A DNA stretch of 64,000 nucleotides from an uncultured delta proteobacterium (GCA_963754925.1 CAVWHX010000007.1:224001-288000), one strand, 5' to 3'. Counted from the first letter of the stretch, positions 52,196 to 62,825 are shown. Numbers and translations: made by a program. Notes: generated from the sequence alone by a model not told the origin.

Positions 52196-53872
52196 TCAAT
52201 AAGCCGGGTTGCAGGCCATGACGATCTCGATCTTGGTAATTTGTCCAGTCTTCAACATGGTGCAGTAGGTGCCGTAGACCTCAAACGTATTATTGCCGAT
52301 ATATTCGAAACCATTTGCGGGATCACGGGGTATCGCGACGTCCTTCGTTCCGTTGTTATAAACCAACCACAGGAGATCGACGTCCAGCGTTGCGTTGGTC
52401 CCCGGATCGAGGGCAGTTGTTATTTTGCAGCTAAGCACACTTTGACCTATTTGATTGAAGGCCGCTAATAACGCGGCGGCACTATCGGCAGGATAGTATG
52501 CGGGGTCGCCGCTCTGCGGCATGCCGCCTTCGATCGCTAACCTGCTTAAAGAGTTTGGACTGGTATTATTGACATCCTGACCAACGCCAATGACAAAAGT
52601 ATTAATGTTATTGCTTCTAAGACTTATTACCTGCTGTAACGTCAACTCAAAATCGGGATAACTCGCATAGGCATTAGGATCAGTATTATTGATATAAGGA
52701 ATAGCATTGATAGCGGTCAATTGGGCACTAGAAGGCGTCTGACCCCCAGCACTGGGACAGGTTGGCACGCCATCGGTCGCCAGAAGAATGTAGTTCTGAC
52801 GAGTGGAATCGAAAAGTTGAGGGCAATTAGTACTGTTATTAAGATATTGAAGCGTAGGGCCGGTCGGGGTGCCATTACTGGCAGTAAGAGAATTTACTGT
52901 GTTGCTAATAAGGGTATCGCCTCCTCCTATGGAAACACTGATAGTTCCTGCCAAACAAACATCGCTGCCACTGGGAGCAGGAAAAGTTGTTAGCCCAAAG
53001 AGGATCTCAGTGTTAGTAGATGTATTAATGGTAAGAATAGATGCGACTGCGTTCTGTAACGCTGTTAATTTTGTTGTTGAGTCGGTGCTGCTGATTGCAT
53101 CAGCCATGCTGCCCGATGTGTCAAGCACCAGCATCATGTTAGGCGCTTTCCTGGTTCCTGCGAACGTTTCGTCATCGCAGGTCGGATATTGCTCCCATTC
53201 CGGTGGTACACAAATCCCTTGAGACGAGCAGGTTCCCGCACACTGGGTTGAATCGGTGCAGGATTGCACGCAGGTCCCGTTGACGCAGCTTAACGGCGTT
53301 TGACACGGATTTGCGCTCGAACATTCCGGTGTGACACAAAACTCTTGAGATGAACAGATCAACCCTTCGGTGCAATCGGTTGAGTCGGTACAGTATTCTA
53401 TGCAAAAGCCGCCAATGCAGCTCAATGGTTCTTGGCACTCCAATGAGTCGGTACAGGATTGTTCGCAAAGGCCGCCCATGCAGGTCAACGATGTTGGGCA
53501 CGGTGTTGAGTCGCTACAGAATGGTCTGCAAAAACCACCAATGCAGGTTGCTGATGCTGGGCACGCTGTTGAGTCGCTGCAGGATTGCATGCAAGTCCCG
53601 TTCACGCAGGTTAAGGGCGTTTGGCACGGATTCGAACACTCCGTCGTTACACAATACCCTTGAGATCCGCAGGTCGACCCATCGGAGCACGGGTTTGAGT
53701 CGCTGCAGGATTGCACGCAAGACCCGTTGACGCAGGTTAACGGTGTCTTGCACGGATTTGTAGTTGAACAGCTGGGTGGGGGTGGTGGCGAACTTTTTTT
53801 GCTTGAGCAGGCGCAGCACAAAGTAACACCCGCGACAACCAGCAGGAGTACCTTCCCTAAGCTTGTTTTCAT
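52196..53872 (-). CDS. VWA-domain lipoprotein with Cys-rich repeats (CglB-like architecture)
   Basis: MIDAS motif DTSGS, GTPT, LATDGVP and TFVIGVG, with N-terminal Cys repeats. Confidence 0.85.
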   Translation of the reverse strand: MKTSLGKVLLLVVAGVTLCCACSSKKSSPPPPPSCSTTNPCKTPLTCVNGSCVQSCSDSNPCSDGSTCGSQGYCVTTECSNPCQTPLTCVNGTCMQSCSDSTACPASATCIGGFCRPFCSDSTPCPTSLTCMGGLCEQSCTDSLECQEPLSCIGGFCIEYCTDSTDCTEGLICSSQEFCVTPECSSANPCQTPLSCVNGTCVQSCTDSTQCAGTCSSQGICVPPEWEQYPTCDDETFAGTRKAPNMMLVLDTSGSMADAISSTDSTTKLTALQNAVASILTINTSTNTEILFGLTTFPAPSGSDVCLAGTISVSIGGGDTLISNTVNSLTASNGTPTGPTLQYLNNSTNCPQLFDSTRQNYILLATDGVPTCPSAGGQTPSSAQLTAINAIPYINNTDPNAYASYPDFELTLQQVISLRSNNINTFVIGVGQDVNNTSPNSLSRLAIEGGMPQSGDPAYYPADSAAALLAAFNQIGQSVLSCKITTALDPGTNATLDVDLLWLVYNNGTKDVAIPRDPANGFEYIGNNTFEVYGTYCTMLKTGQITKIEIVMACNPAY

Positions 53873-54127
53873 CCTAACACCTCGCTTAGAAGATTACGTA
53901 TCGTATCATCAACATGAACTATTCTTGAGAGAACGGATCTCAATGGCTATCGGGTCGCTTAGGGGTTCACTTCCACCGTTTCTGACCAACTCACCTGCTT
54001 TGCCAACCTAACACGTTACTTCCCCAGCACCATACGACCTTCAAGATAATTATACGAAATCCTCATCAAAATGGCAATCCAGAACCGACTATTTTCATGT
54101 GGGCGGCACTGCCGCATAACTATCACT

Positions 54128-54192
54128 TGGTAGCATAGATCGGCAGGATTCGAACCTGCTGCCCATGGCTTAGAAGGTTGTTGCTTTTACCG
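54128..54192 (-). pseudogene. Degenerate tRNA-Arg(TCT) fragment
   Basis: The minus strand reads GGTAAAAGCAACAAC-CTTCTAA-GCCATGGGCA-GCAGGTTCGAATCCTGC. The T-arm is intact, while the anticodon and acceptor stems are broken. Confidence 0.6.
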
Positions 54193-54332
54193 ACGCAATT
54201 TGAATTTCCGAATTCCGCGGCATTTGCTGCTACTTCTTAGAATAGTATTCATCCTTTTCTTAGAAGATGATTAACAGGTATTCTTTGCATCCAGGCTGTT
54301 GCGGGCCGATTGAGCCAAAGAAGGAGGAGCGC

Positions 54333-55163
54333 ATGCCCATTTACCATGAGACGGTCGGCTATGGTGAAGAGTCATCGTTCACCGGCTACCTTTGTTATCC
54401 TGATCGCGCCCACACGCCGCTACCGGCGGTCGTGGTGTTACCAGAAGCCTGGGGTGTCAACGCGCATATCGAGGATGTAGCGCGTCGCTTTGCCGCAGCG
54501 GGTTATGCTGCCTTCGCCCCCGACCTCTATGCGGAGGGCGGCGTCCGACCCCCTGCCCTTATACGGGAGCGCATTGATGAGATGCTCCGCTTCATGAATA
54601 CCCTGCCGCCCATGGCCTTCATGGACCCCACGATCAGGGACCAAGCCCTTGCCACATTGCCCAAAACCGCGCGCCTGCAGATCGAAGAAACGCGTACGAC
54701 GATTATGGGCGGGCCCGGCAAGAGCGGCCTCATGACCCGCGACTGGGTGCCTCAGCTGCTCGCCACGACGCGGTACCTGCGCCAGGTCTGCCCGTTGACG
54801 CGCGGGCAGAAGGTGGCCTCGGTCGGCTTCTGCATGGGAGGGGGGCTCTCGGCATTGCTCGCCTGCCACGACCCTAATCTGGCGGCCTGCGTGGTCTTCT
54901 ACGGCGTAGCCCCGCCCACAGAACTCATCCCGAACATCCGATGTCCGGTGCTCGCGTTTTACGGGAGCGCCGACCAGCGGATCAACACCGGCATCCCGGC
55001 CTTTACACAGGCCATGGAACAACACCACAAGTCGTATGAGAAGCACATCTTCGATGAGGCCATGCACGCTTTCTTCAACGACACCCGCCCGGCGTACGAC
55101 GTTCGCGCAGCACGGGATGCTTTCGCACGCACGCTCGATCTTTTTAGGAGGACCCTTGCCTGA
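54333..55163 (+). CDS. Dienelactone hydrolase family protein
   Basis: EAWGVNAHI, APDLY, GFCMGG and HAFFND motifs, with an AGGAGG RBS. Confidence 0.92.
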   Translation: MPIYHETVGYGEESSFTGYLCYPDRAHTPLPAVVVLPEAWGVNAHIEDVARRFAAAGYAAFAPDLYAEGGVRPPALIRERIDEMLRFMNTLPPMAFMDPTIRDQALATLPKTARLQIEETRTTIMGGPGKSGLMTRDWVPQLLATTRYLRQVCPLTRGQKVASVGFCMGGGLSALLACHDPNLAACVVFYGVAPPTELIPNIRCPVLAFYGSADQRINTGIPAFTQAMEQHHKSYEKHIFDEAMHAFFNDTRPAYDVRAARDAFARTLDLFRRTLA

Positions 55164-55309
55164 CGATGTCCCGGGCAAGCGGCGGGTTCGCCGGCTGGCC
55201 TATTCAACAGCACCCGGCGTGCTCCTGACCGGCGTCGCGGGTGGCATCGCCTTTCCCTTGCCGAACGAGCAGCCCGTTGATTAGCGGCTCGGACCGAACC
55301 ATCTACGAC

Positions 55310-56563
55310 TCAGGGCCTAAGGCAACAACGCTTGTATTTACGGCCGCTCCCGCAGGGGCATGGGTCGTTGCGGCCGACGTGTACAAAAGCGCTGTCCCTG
55401 GTGTATGCCAGGCGCATTACTGTTTCGATGGGCTCGCGGGCTCGCCACCGCTTGGCAAGCTCGAGGAGCAGCGGCCGACTGTGCGCGTGAAACAGCTTGT
55501 TTCCCTTACACAGGTAGTTTAGCCCCGCTTCGCCGTTGGAGGTGGCAAGAAACCGGTCCTTTGGGCAGCCGCCATGACACAGGGCGAGTGCTGCGCAGTG
55601 GTGGCAGCATCGGGGTAGCGTGCCTTTTGCTTCACCGAAGCGCCGCTGCGCTTCGCTCGCTACCAGAACGGCGATCGGCGTATCGCGTATATTGCCGAGC
55701 TGGTGCTCTGGATCGACAAAGTGATCGCAGGAGAATAGATCGCCGTTGTGCTCGAGGACCAAGACATCGCCGCACTGCTTCCGATAGATACACAAGGCGT
55801 GCTCCGTATCGACCAGGGGCCGAAAGGCTTCATCGATGGCTTGCACCGTTACACGGCCCACGTCCTCACGAATCCACTCGTCAAAGACGCTGCAGAGGAA
55901 CCCGCCCCACTTGATTGCATTCACCGTACGCAGACTGACTCCCGTTGGTGAGGAGACGTCGCGTTCCACGAGCGGAAGAAACTGCAGGTACGTAGCCCCC
56001 ATCGACTTCAAAAATTGGTAAACGGCGCGCGGTTCGTCAACGTTCCGGTTGTGAATTACGCATAAAATGTCGCAGTGGACCCGATAGTTTTGCAGAAGGC
56101 GCAGCGCGCACAAGACCTGCTGGTGAGTTGGCGCCCCTCCTTTGGAGAGTCGATAACAGTCATGCAACTCCCTTGGTCCGTCAAGGCTTAAACCGACTGA
56201 GAAGCGCTCGATCGAAAGGAACGTACACCACTCCTCGTTGAGGGATACCCCATTAGTCTGCAGGTTATTGAGAATCTCCTGACCTGGGCGCTGGTACTTA
56301 CGTTGCAGGTCCACGGCGGTGCGAAAGAATTCCAGGCCCGCCAACGTAGGCTCGCCCCCATGCCAAACAAAGGCTGCTTGATCGCCCGCGACGCACAAAT
56401 ACTGTGATATGAAGGTTTCGAGGAGATCATGGTTCATCCGTAGCAGCCCGGCTCCTTCGTAGAGCGCTTTTTTACCCGTATAATAGCAGTAACGGCAGTC
56501 GAGGTCACACGTGGGCCCCACCGGCTTTGCCATAATCTGGAAAGGTGGCGGCACCGGTGTCAT
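55310..56563 (-). CDS. Anaerobic sulfatase maturase (radical SAM/SPASM) with a SEC-C motif
   Basis: CDLDCRYCYY, WHGGEP, SCDHFV, CHGGCPKDR and GRNDPCPCGSGRKYKRCC motifs. Confidence 0.92.
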   Translation of the reverse strand: MTPVPPPFQIMAKPVGPTCDLDCRYCYYTGKKALYEGAGLLRMNHDLLETFISQYLCVAGDQAAFVWHGGEPTLAGLEFFRTAVDLQRKYQRPGQEILNNLQTNGVSLNEEWCTFLSIERFSVGLSLDGPRELHDCYRLSKGGAPTHQQVLCALRLLQNYRVHCDILCVIHNRNVDEPRAVYQFLKSMGATYLQFLPLVERDVSSPTGVSLRTVNAIKWGGFLCSVFDEWIREDVGRVTVQAIDEAFRPLVDTEHALCIYRKQCGDVLVLEHNGDLFSCDHFVDPEHQLGNIRDTPIAVLVASEAQRRFGEAKGTLPRCCHHCAALALCHGGCPKDRFLATSNGEAGLNYLCKGNKLFHAHSRPLLLELAKRWRAREPIETVMRLAYTRDSAFVHVGRNDPCPCGSGRKYKRCCLRP

Positions 56564-56871
56564 GATTTTTTCTCCGTGGTGCCTGTTAGCACGATTAAGG
56601 GCGCATACACAAATGTGCTTGGAGGCGAAAATAGATATGTGCTGGCTGCAAAGGGTGTTCTTTCGACTTACGCTTCCGAATTTAAAGGAAAGCATTTGAG
56701 GTACCAAGAAATTTTTAAGGCATCGTACGAGTCTTGACAAGGGGCACCCCTTCTGGGGAGAACATCTTTAATTGTTTATGACCCGGACATCTTAGATGTT
56801 AGTGACAGACCGGGGATCCAAAGTTGACAAGTGTTCACGTTGATCGATAGATTTTCCACCGAGATAGCAAC

Positions 56872-57444
56872 ATGAATAGATATTTCATCCTCCGACACGG
56901 TGAAAGCATTGCGAATAAGGAACGACTGATCGTCAGCTCTCTCAATCATGGTGTAGCAAATTATGGCCTTACCCCTGCAGGCGAGATAGAGGTGGCAACA
57001 AGTGTGACACAAGCACTTCAGACAGGGATGCTATCAAGAGTAAATCTAATCGTGTCGTCACCCTTTCTTCGGGCACTGCAATCGGCAGAAATCGCCGCAA
57101 AACTATTAAAGGTTCCCCTTGAGTATGACGAACGACTTAAGGAAAGACATTTCGGCGAGTTTGACATGAAGGGTGATCATTTCTACATGACCGTCTGGGC
57201 ACATGATTTGCTGAACTCATCTCAGGCTGATCGAAAGGTCGAGAGTACAACATCTGTCTTTGAGAGAGTTAAGCAGCTCATTAATGATATTGAAATTCGT
57301 ATTAATAATCGAACCGTTTTACTGTGCACTCATGGTGATGTGGCATCAGTCTTATTATGTGGTTTTTTAGGTGAAGATCTGAGACGCCATCGAGAGATTG
57401 GGATTCTGTGCACGGGTGAGATCCGCGCCGTTCCCATGAAATGA
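56872..57444 (+). CDS. Histidine phosphatase family protein
   Basis: LRHGES, SSPFLRA and THG motifs. Confidence 0.92.
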   Translation: MNRYFILRHGESIANKERLIVSSLNHGVANYGLTPAGEIEVATSVTQALQTGMLSRVNLIVSSPFLRALQSAEIAAKLLKVPLEYDERLKERHFGEFDMKGDHFYMTVWAHDLLNSSQADRKVESTTSVFERVKQLINDIEIRINNRTVLLCTHGDVASVLLCGFLGEDLRRHREIGILCTGEIRAVPMK

Positions 57445-57479
57445 TAAATAACATAACAACAAACTATTGTAGATTGTCA

Positions 57480-57716
57480 AAACTTATCAAAAAAATCGTC
57501 ATTATTGATAAATGAGTATTTTTATGCCGCTTGCACGTATCTCCTCCACATTTAAATCTTGCCAGATAGTTCTGCTCGCACCACTCTGCAGCCATTGTCC
57601 TATTCAGTCCTCAGGCTCATTTTTTCCAACATCCAGGATTGAGAGTTCACCGATTTACGCATAACCTGGTTTGGTTGACTTCTTTTTAATCTTGAATTTT
57701 GTTTTGGCGATGGAAA
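57480..57716 (+). repeat. ~235-bp intergenic repeat, full but diverged copy
   Basis: AAAATCGTC...CTCCACATTTAAATCTTGCCAGATAGTTCTGCTCGCACCACTCT...GTTTTGGCGATGGAAA. Confidence 0.88.
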
Positions 57717-57845
57717 GGTGACGGCTTGCGCAATTTATGCCCTGAATGTTGGCTATCGGCATCAGTTTCGTTCTAATCGACGTTGTAATCAGCGATTAAG
57801 CCTACGCTTTAGAACGGCGCAACGACTTTAGAGAATTCCTGCGCA

Positions 57846-58691
57846 TTAGAATCGGTAGCCAATGACACAACGACCCTCAATCCCGTACTTGTTTGACTGG
57901 CTGGTGGGGGAAACTGCTCCGGGGCTGACGGTCATTACACCTGCAACATTAAGCTTCACCGTTATATCTGAAGAAGGTTTATACCAAATAGTCGGGCCTC
58001 CTAGAATCTTGGCGCCGCCCTCGGATTCATCGCTTTCCCAGAAGCCTTCAAGATCCTCACCCACGGCCTCTAAGCCAACCTGAAATGACTCGAAAATCGC
58101 GTAACTGCTTGCCAGACTCAAAATTATATCAACCGGGTCGCGGTGGGAAGCGATTGGAAACTCTAGAAGCCCGGAAAAAGCTATGCGGAAATCCCCTATA
58201 CTCTTGTCCATCATCAACCGTACCCGTGGAATGTTGGCGTATCGGTAATCCCGAATAAATCCGAGTGCGATCCCTAAATTAATTCCGGCGCGATGTTCAT
58301 TCAGGAGGTTGACAAGCGCTTCAGTGTGGAAAGAATAAAGCGTTTCCTTGGTGTCTTCAAGCAACATCCCACCGCCCAACTCGACCGCCATGAATTCCAT
58401 CAATCCAACATCTATGCAAAGTTCCTGCTCAACCCCTCGCTCGCTGATAGGGGTGATTTCGCGAGTGCCGAAAGCAGTCCCCCATTCCACAACAGCCTTT
58501 TCATCTCCTCTCGATCCGATCCCTTGGTAGATGAAGGGAGTTGCTTCAAGTGCTTTGACCGAGGAGCAAAACAGGCATATAAATATCCAACCCCATAAAA
58601 CAGTCTCACGTTGAGCCCCCCATCGACGGTGGGCAATCCGCTTATATCGAATGCTTGTTTTGCCGACAAATCTCAGATCTTGTGTTTTCAT
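57846..58691 (-). CDS. Hypothetical outer-membrane beta-barrel-like protein
   Basis: Alternating beta-strand pattern, terminal YRF, and position downstream of the phospholipase. Confidence 0.6.
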   Translation of the reverse strand: MKTQDLRFVGKTSIRYKRIAHRRWGAQRETVLWGWIFICLFCSSVKALEATPFIYQGIGSRGDEKAVVEWGTAFGTREITPISERGVEQELCIDVGLMEFMAVELGGGMLLEDTKETLYSFHTEALVNLLNEHRAGINLGIALGFIRDYRYANIPRVRLMMDKSIGDFRIAFSGLLEFPIASHRDPVDIILSLASSYAIFESFQVGLEAVGEDLEGFWESDESEGGAKILGGPTIWYKPSSDITVKLNVAGVMTVSPGAVSPTSQSNKYGIEGRCVIGYRF

Positions 58692-58709
58692 AACGCATTT
58701 CCCTTTGCT

Positions 58710-60092
58710 CTATGGTGTCGGTTGCAGGATTAGCGTTGGCTGCGGCGTTTGATTGAAGTCGAAGTCGGCTAGCAGATTACCGAGCTCTTTTACATTTTCA
58801 CGTACGGTCGTACGCGAGTCGGGCCGACCATCGGTATTCGGGTCTATACGCTGACTGTCGAGGAAGAGATCTTCGACGAACTTCAGGTACGCATCGTGGC
58901 TGAGAACCTGTTTGTCGATGTATCCGTGTTTCGCGTACGGGCTTATCACCATCCCTGGAACCCGCAAGCCATAACCGTTCTCATCCACCACGGGTGGAAC
59001 CACGTGGTCATAGAAGCCGCCCCAGTCGTCCCACGAGAGGAAGATCACCGTTGAATCCCAATATTGGCTTTTCATGACGGTGTTGACCAAAGCGGTGACG
59101 TAAGTCTGTCCCGCGCTGACCAAGGCCGCGGGGTGCTCGCTCACTTCACTCGAGGGCGCGATCCACGATACCGAGGGAAGCTGGCCGTTTTGCACATCTT
59201 GATAAAATTGATCGACGGGAACGATATTGCCGAGTTGGTTGTTCTCGTTCACGGTGTCGAAAGAAGGAAGCGGATTCCAAATGCTCGGTACGGCAGCGAG
59301 TTGTTGAATGGGTTGGCATTCCTCGGGGTCACCACCGCAATGCGGGTCGTTTCCTTCACTCAGGTAGTATTTCCAGGACACATTCGCCTTATGGAGCAGA
59401 TACGTCAGATCGGTCCAGGGGTATTGCAGCGCGGTGGTTCCGGTAGCCGTGTATCCAAACGGTCCGGTGAGCTCGCTCGAACAGTTCATGGGATTGTCGG
59501 CGACGCACTGTGCCGCCCAACCCGAAACCAAAAAGAGGTGCTCCGGCTGGCTCCAGGAAGCATTCGGTTGGAAGAGGTGGTCCTGAAGCACGAAGTTCTT
59601 AGCATACGCCCAATAATTGGGGATCTCCGCGTCGGTGTGGTACCCCATAACGTCAACAGACGCGCCGTTGACAAAACATTGCGGGTTATTGGGATCGGCG
59701 CACCCTTTCTGGGCAATCTCGGCCTCTGCGATAAAACCATCCATCTTGCCGCCATCGATATCCGCAGCCGCATGAACAGCATTGTGCGGCCCACCATAGT
59801 TTTTATCAGCCGTGAGATGGTAAGGCTTCACACAAGCTCCGGTCTTGGGATCATTTACGCAGACAATAAAATTTCCATTTTTGTCAGTAGGGATCCCTTC
59901 CGCCCCCGGGAACGTCCCGAAGTAGTGATCAAAAGACCGATTTTCCTGCATGATCACGATAACGTGTTTAATCTTCTGAGCGGCGAGGATTTTTTGAGAA
60001 GGTGTGTTATTGCTGCATCCGGTAAATATGTTGCCGAGGAACATTGCAAACACGAACACCCCACACCTGCGCAAATCTAATTGTGATTTCAT
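58710..60092 (-). CDS. Phosphoesterase / phospholipase C family lipoprotein
   Basis: [27 protein letters not shown] and GLRVP motifs, with an FTGC lipobox. Confidence 0.92.
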   Translation of the reverse strand: MKSQLDLRRCGVFVFAMFLGNIFTGCSNNTPSQKILAAQKIKHVIVIMQENRSFDHYFGTFPGAEGIPTDKNGNFIVCVNDPKTGACVKPYHLTADKNYGGPHNAVHAAADIDGGKMDGFIAEAEIAQKGCADPNNPQCFVNGASVDVMGYHTDAEIPNYWAYAKNFVLQDHLFQPNASWSQPEHLFLVSGWAAQCVADNPMNCSSELTGPFGYTATGTTALQYPWTDLTYLLHKANVSWKYYLSEGNDPHCGGDPEECQPIQQLAAVPSIWNPLPSFDTVNENNQLGNIVPVDQFYQDVQNGQLPSVSWIAPSSEVSEHPAALVSAGQTYVTALVNTVMKSQYWDSTVIFLSWDDWGGFYDHVVPPVVDENGYGLRVPGMVISPYAKHGYIDKQVLSHDAYLKFVEDLFLDSQRIDPNTDGRPDSRTTVRENVKELGNLLADFDFNQTPQPTLILQPTP

Positions 60093-60472
60093 AGGCCGCC
60101 TCCTATTCACATTTTTTGTGTCAATAAGACCTATAACCAGAGCGAATGAGAACTTTGATGGAACATATTTCGACAACGGATCCAATGTCAACGATCACCC
60201 TTAGATCCCAAACCACAGCTTATCTTTTTGATCGAACGAGTTTTAGCGAGATCAAACGGATCGTTCAGCATGAAATACAAAAAGGGAGACAAAACTTTTT
60301 CCCCATGGCATCAGAAACGAAAACTGGGTTTTTTTCGGTCAAAAAAGCCCCTCAAATCAAATGCCAAATTCAACACTCGAACCTGGATAGATGTGCATCC
60401 ATCAGACCCTGAACTTAATTTTTACCTCAGAATCTGCTCGATGCTCTAATAACAATAGGAACAGGTTGGGCG

Positions 60473-61192
60473 GTGTTGACGAACACCACTAACAAAAATA
60501 TAGTAGTATGTGGAGGTGATGTCATTAAAACCTTCGCGAGATTTTTAGTTTATTTTGCAGCGTCGATTTTATTATCCGGCGTTGCTCAGTCGAGCGATGG
60601 CAGTCAGTCAGTCAATATGCAGTTGGCTCAGGCGAGTGAACCCCCAGCACAGCCGGTGCAACCGCCTTCTCCCGCACCGACGAATTTGCCTCCCCCTCCA
60701 TCAGCGGAAGTTACCGTTCCCCCGTCGGACGAAGCGGGAGCCTCGGACCAGCAAGTTGCTTCGACGGGGCAGTGGGTTTACACGGACCAATATGGATGGG
60801 TCTGGATGCCTTACGGAGATGCGTACACCTACGTACCACCGAGCGGAGCTGTGCCAGATATGTATGTTTACTACCCAACCGTCGGTTGGTGCTGGGTGGT
60901 TGCGCCCTGGCTGTGGGGCTTAGGACCAATGCCGTTCTTCGGCATTTATGGCCCGCGATACTTCGGTTGGTATGGCCATGGTTATGGTCACTGGTACGGC
61001 TTCACCTACGGCTACGTTGGATGGGGCGGACGGGGCTACTGGCACGGTGGGCAGTGGCATGGTTACAACCAGATTTCGCCTGCTCGCCCAGCAGCATCAC
61101 ATCGTGGTAGTTATAGCGCATCTCCTAGGTCCCGGTCCGGGGCTGCATCTACTGGACATGGTTCTGCTATGTCTCGGGGTACTCCCCATTGA
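60473..61192 (+). CDS. Paralog of 301..1104; C-terminal tail replaced by the repeat
   Basis: Near-identical core. The GGAGGTGAT RBS precedes an in-frame ATT at 60524, and the stop lies inside the repeat. Confidence 0.75.
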   Translation: MLTNTTNKNIVVCGGDVIKTFARFLVYFAASILLSGVAQSSDGSQSVNMQLAQASEPPAQPVQPPSPAPTNLPPPPSAEVTVPPSDEAGASDQQVASTGQWVYTDQYGWVWMPYGDAYTYVPPSGAVPDMYVYYPTVGWCWVVAPWLWGLGPMPFFGIYGPRYFGWYGHGYGHWYGFTYGYVGWGGRGYWHGGQWHGYNQISPARPAASHRGSYSASPRSRSGAASTGHGSAMSRGTPH

Positions 61193-61351
61193 AATCTTGA
61201 CAGACAGTTCCGCTCGTACACTGAGGTTGTCATGACTTATCCAGTATTCAAACTCATTTTTCCAACATCCAGGATTGCGAGTTTACCAAGTTACGCACAC
61301 ACTGGTTTGGTTGATTTGTTTCTTCTCTCGGATTTGTTTTGGCGAGGGGCA
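61180..61351 (+). repeat. ~235-bp repeat lacking its left ~65 bp
   Basis: TACTCCCCATTGAAATCTTG...GGATTTGTTTTGGCGAGGGGCA. Confidence 0.9.
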
Positions 61352-61537
61352 AGCTAACGAAAACAGCTTCCAGTTACTTGATGTTATTTCTTCATTGCAA
61401 GAGACCTGAGTTCAGAGTAGACTCAAGTTTAGATTCGAAGATCATTCGTGTGAAAATCTGAACATGCGGAGCGCTTGGCGCCGGTTCTTTTATCGCGGTT
61501 TTCGTTCTTACTCTTGTTGCGTAGGAGGTAACCATCC

Positions 61538-62488
61538 ATGAAAGCCCGTTTTGCCACGTTCTTCTTTCTCGGTGTCCTCGTAATGCTGCCATTTCTCATC
61601 GGAGCCAATGAAAAAGGCTGCACGCTGCCGATGTGCACCGACGGTCAGGTGCAATGCAGCGGCAATGAAATCCAGACATGCCAGAACGGCGCCTGGGTCA
61701 ACACCACCGACTGCTCGACTTCGGGCGGTGTGTGCCAAAACGGCGCCTGCGTCGGATGTCGTACGGCCACCGATTGCAACGGGGCTCTGCCGCAACTTTG
61801 TCAGGTATGCAACGACGGTAGCAATGGCTGTGCGCACTGGACGTGTCAAGCCGGCGCGTGCCAGATAGCCTATTGCGGTTGCGTACCACCACCCTGTCCG
61901 CTGAGTGACAGCTGGGATCCAATTCACTGCGCATGCATTCCGAGTTGCACCGGCGGCACCGTCGGCACCGGTATGTGCTGCCTCTCGGCTGGGGATTTCC
62001 CGAACACATGCCCAGTCACCCCGTGCGTGTGCCCAGCTGGTCAAGTGTGCAATTGTCCCATATTGCCCGCGGAGGCGTGCGGGTGTTCCGCGGAAAACAG
62101 CCACCAGGTCAAAGTCTGCAACTGCCCTCCGAATACGTGCTTCAATGGCATCCAATGCGTCCCCATGACAGTCTGCACCGACGGCCAGACGCAGTGCAGC
62201 AGCAACGAAATCCAGACCTGCCAGAACGGCGCCTGGGTCAACACAACGGACTGCTCGGCTTCGGGTGGTGTGTGCCAAAACGGCGCCTGCGTCCAATGTC
62301 GGACGGCCACAGACTGCAACGGGGCTCTGCCGCAACTTTGTCAGGTATGCAACGACGGCAGTGATGGGTGTGCACACTGGACGTGTCAAGCCGGCACGTG
62401 CCAGATAGCCTATTGCGGTTGTATTCCGCTCCCCTGTCCGTCGAGTGACAGCTGGGATCCAATTCACTGCGCATGCATTCCGAGTTGA
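61538..62488 (+). CDS. Secreted Cys-rich protein with an internal duplication (540-bp spacing); probable premature stop
   Basis: AGGAGG RBS. TGC in unit 1 is TGA in unit 2, and homology continues to ~62552. Confidence 0.8.
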   Translation: MKARFATFFFLGVLVMLPFLIGANEKGCTLPMCTDGQVQCSGNEIQTCQNGAWVNTTDCSTSGGVCQNGACVGCRTATDCNGALPQLCQVCNDGSNGCAHWTCQAGACQIAYCGCVPPPCPLSDSWDPIHCACIPSCTGGTVGTGMCCLSAGDFPNTCPVTPCVCPAGQVCNCPILPAEACGCSAENSHQVKVCNCPPNTCFNGIQCVPMTVCTDGQTQCSSNEIQTCQNGAWVNTTDCSASGGVCQNGACVQCRTATDCNGALPQLCQVCNDGSDGCAHWTCQAGTCQIAYCGCIPLPCPSSDSWDPIHCACIPS

Positions 62489-62570
62489 ACCGGCGGAACA
62501 ATCGGTACCGGTATGTGTTGTCTTTCGGTTGGGGATTTTCCGAACACGTGCCCGAGCGAGCTATGCATAT

Positions 62571-62811
62571 TCTCGTTCGCCCAATCTCGTCCCTTCCCTA
62601 TTGAAAATAAAGTGTCTTTCATGTCACCTACACTACCCTCCTCCACATTGAAATCTTCCCAGATAGTTCCGCCCGCACTACTCTGTCGCCATGACCTATT
62701 CAGTCTTCAAGCTTACCTTTTCAAACATCCAGGGTTGTGGGTTCATCAATTTATACTTACCCTGTTTTGGTTGATTTGTTTTTTCTTTCGGATTTCTTTT
62801 GGTGAGGCTCA
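62571..62811 (+). repeat. ~235-bp intergenic repeat, full copy
   Basis: TCTCGTTCGCCCAATCTCGTCC...GGATTTCTTTTGGTGAGGCTCA. Confidence 0.9.
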
Positions 62812-62825
62812 GGGACCACTTCTTT

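Noticed and set aside
1111..62811. Repeat array as CRISPR
   Set aside because: Units are ~235 bp, divergent and separated by whole genes, and there are no cas genes.
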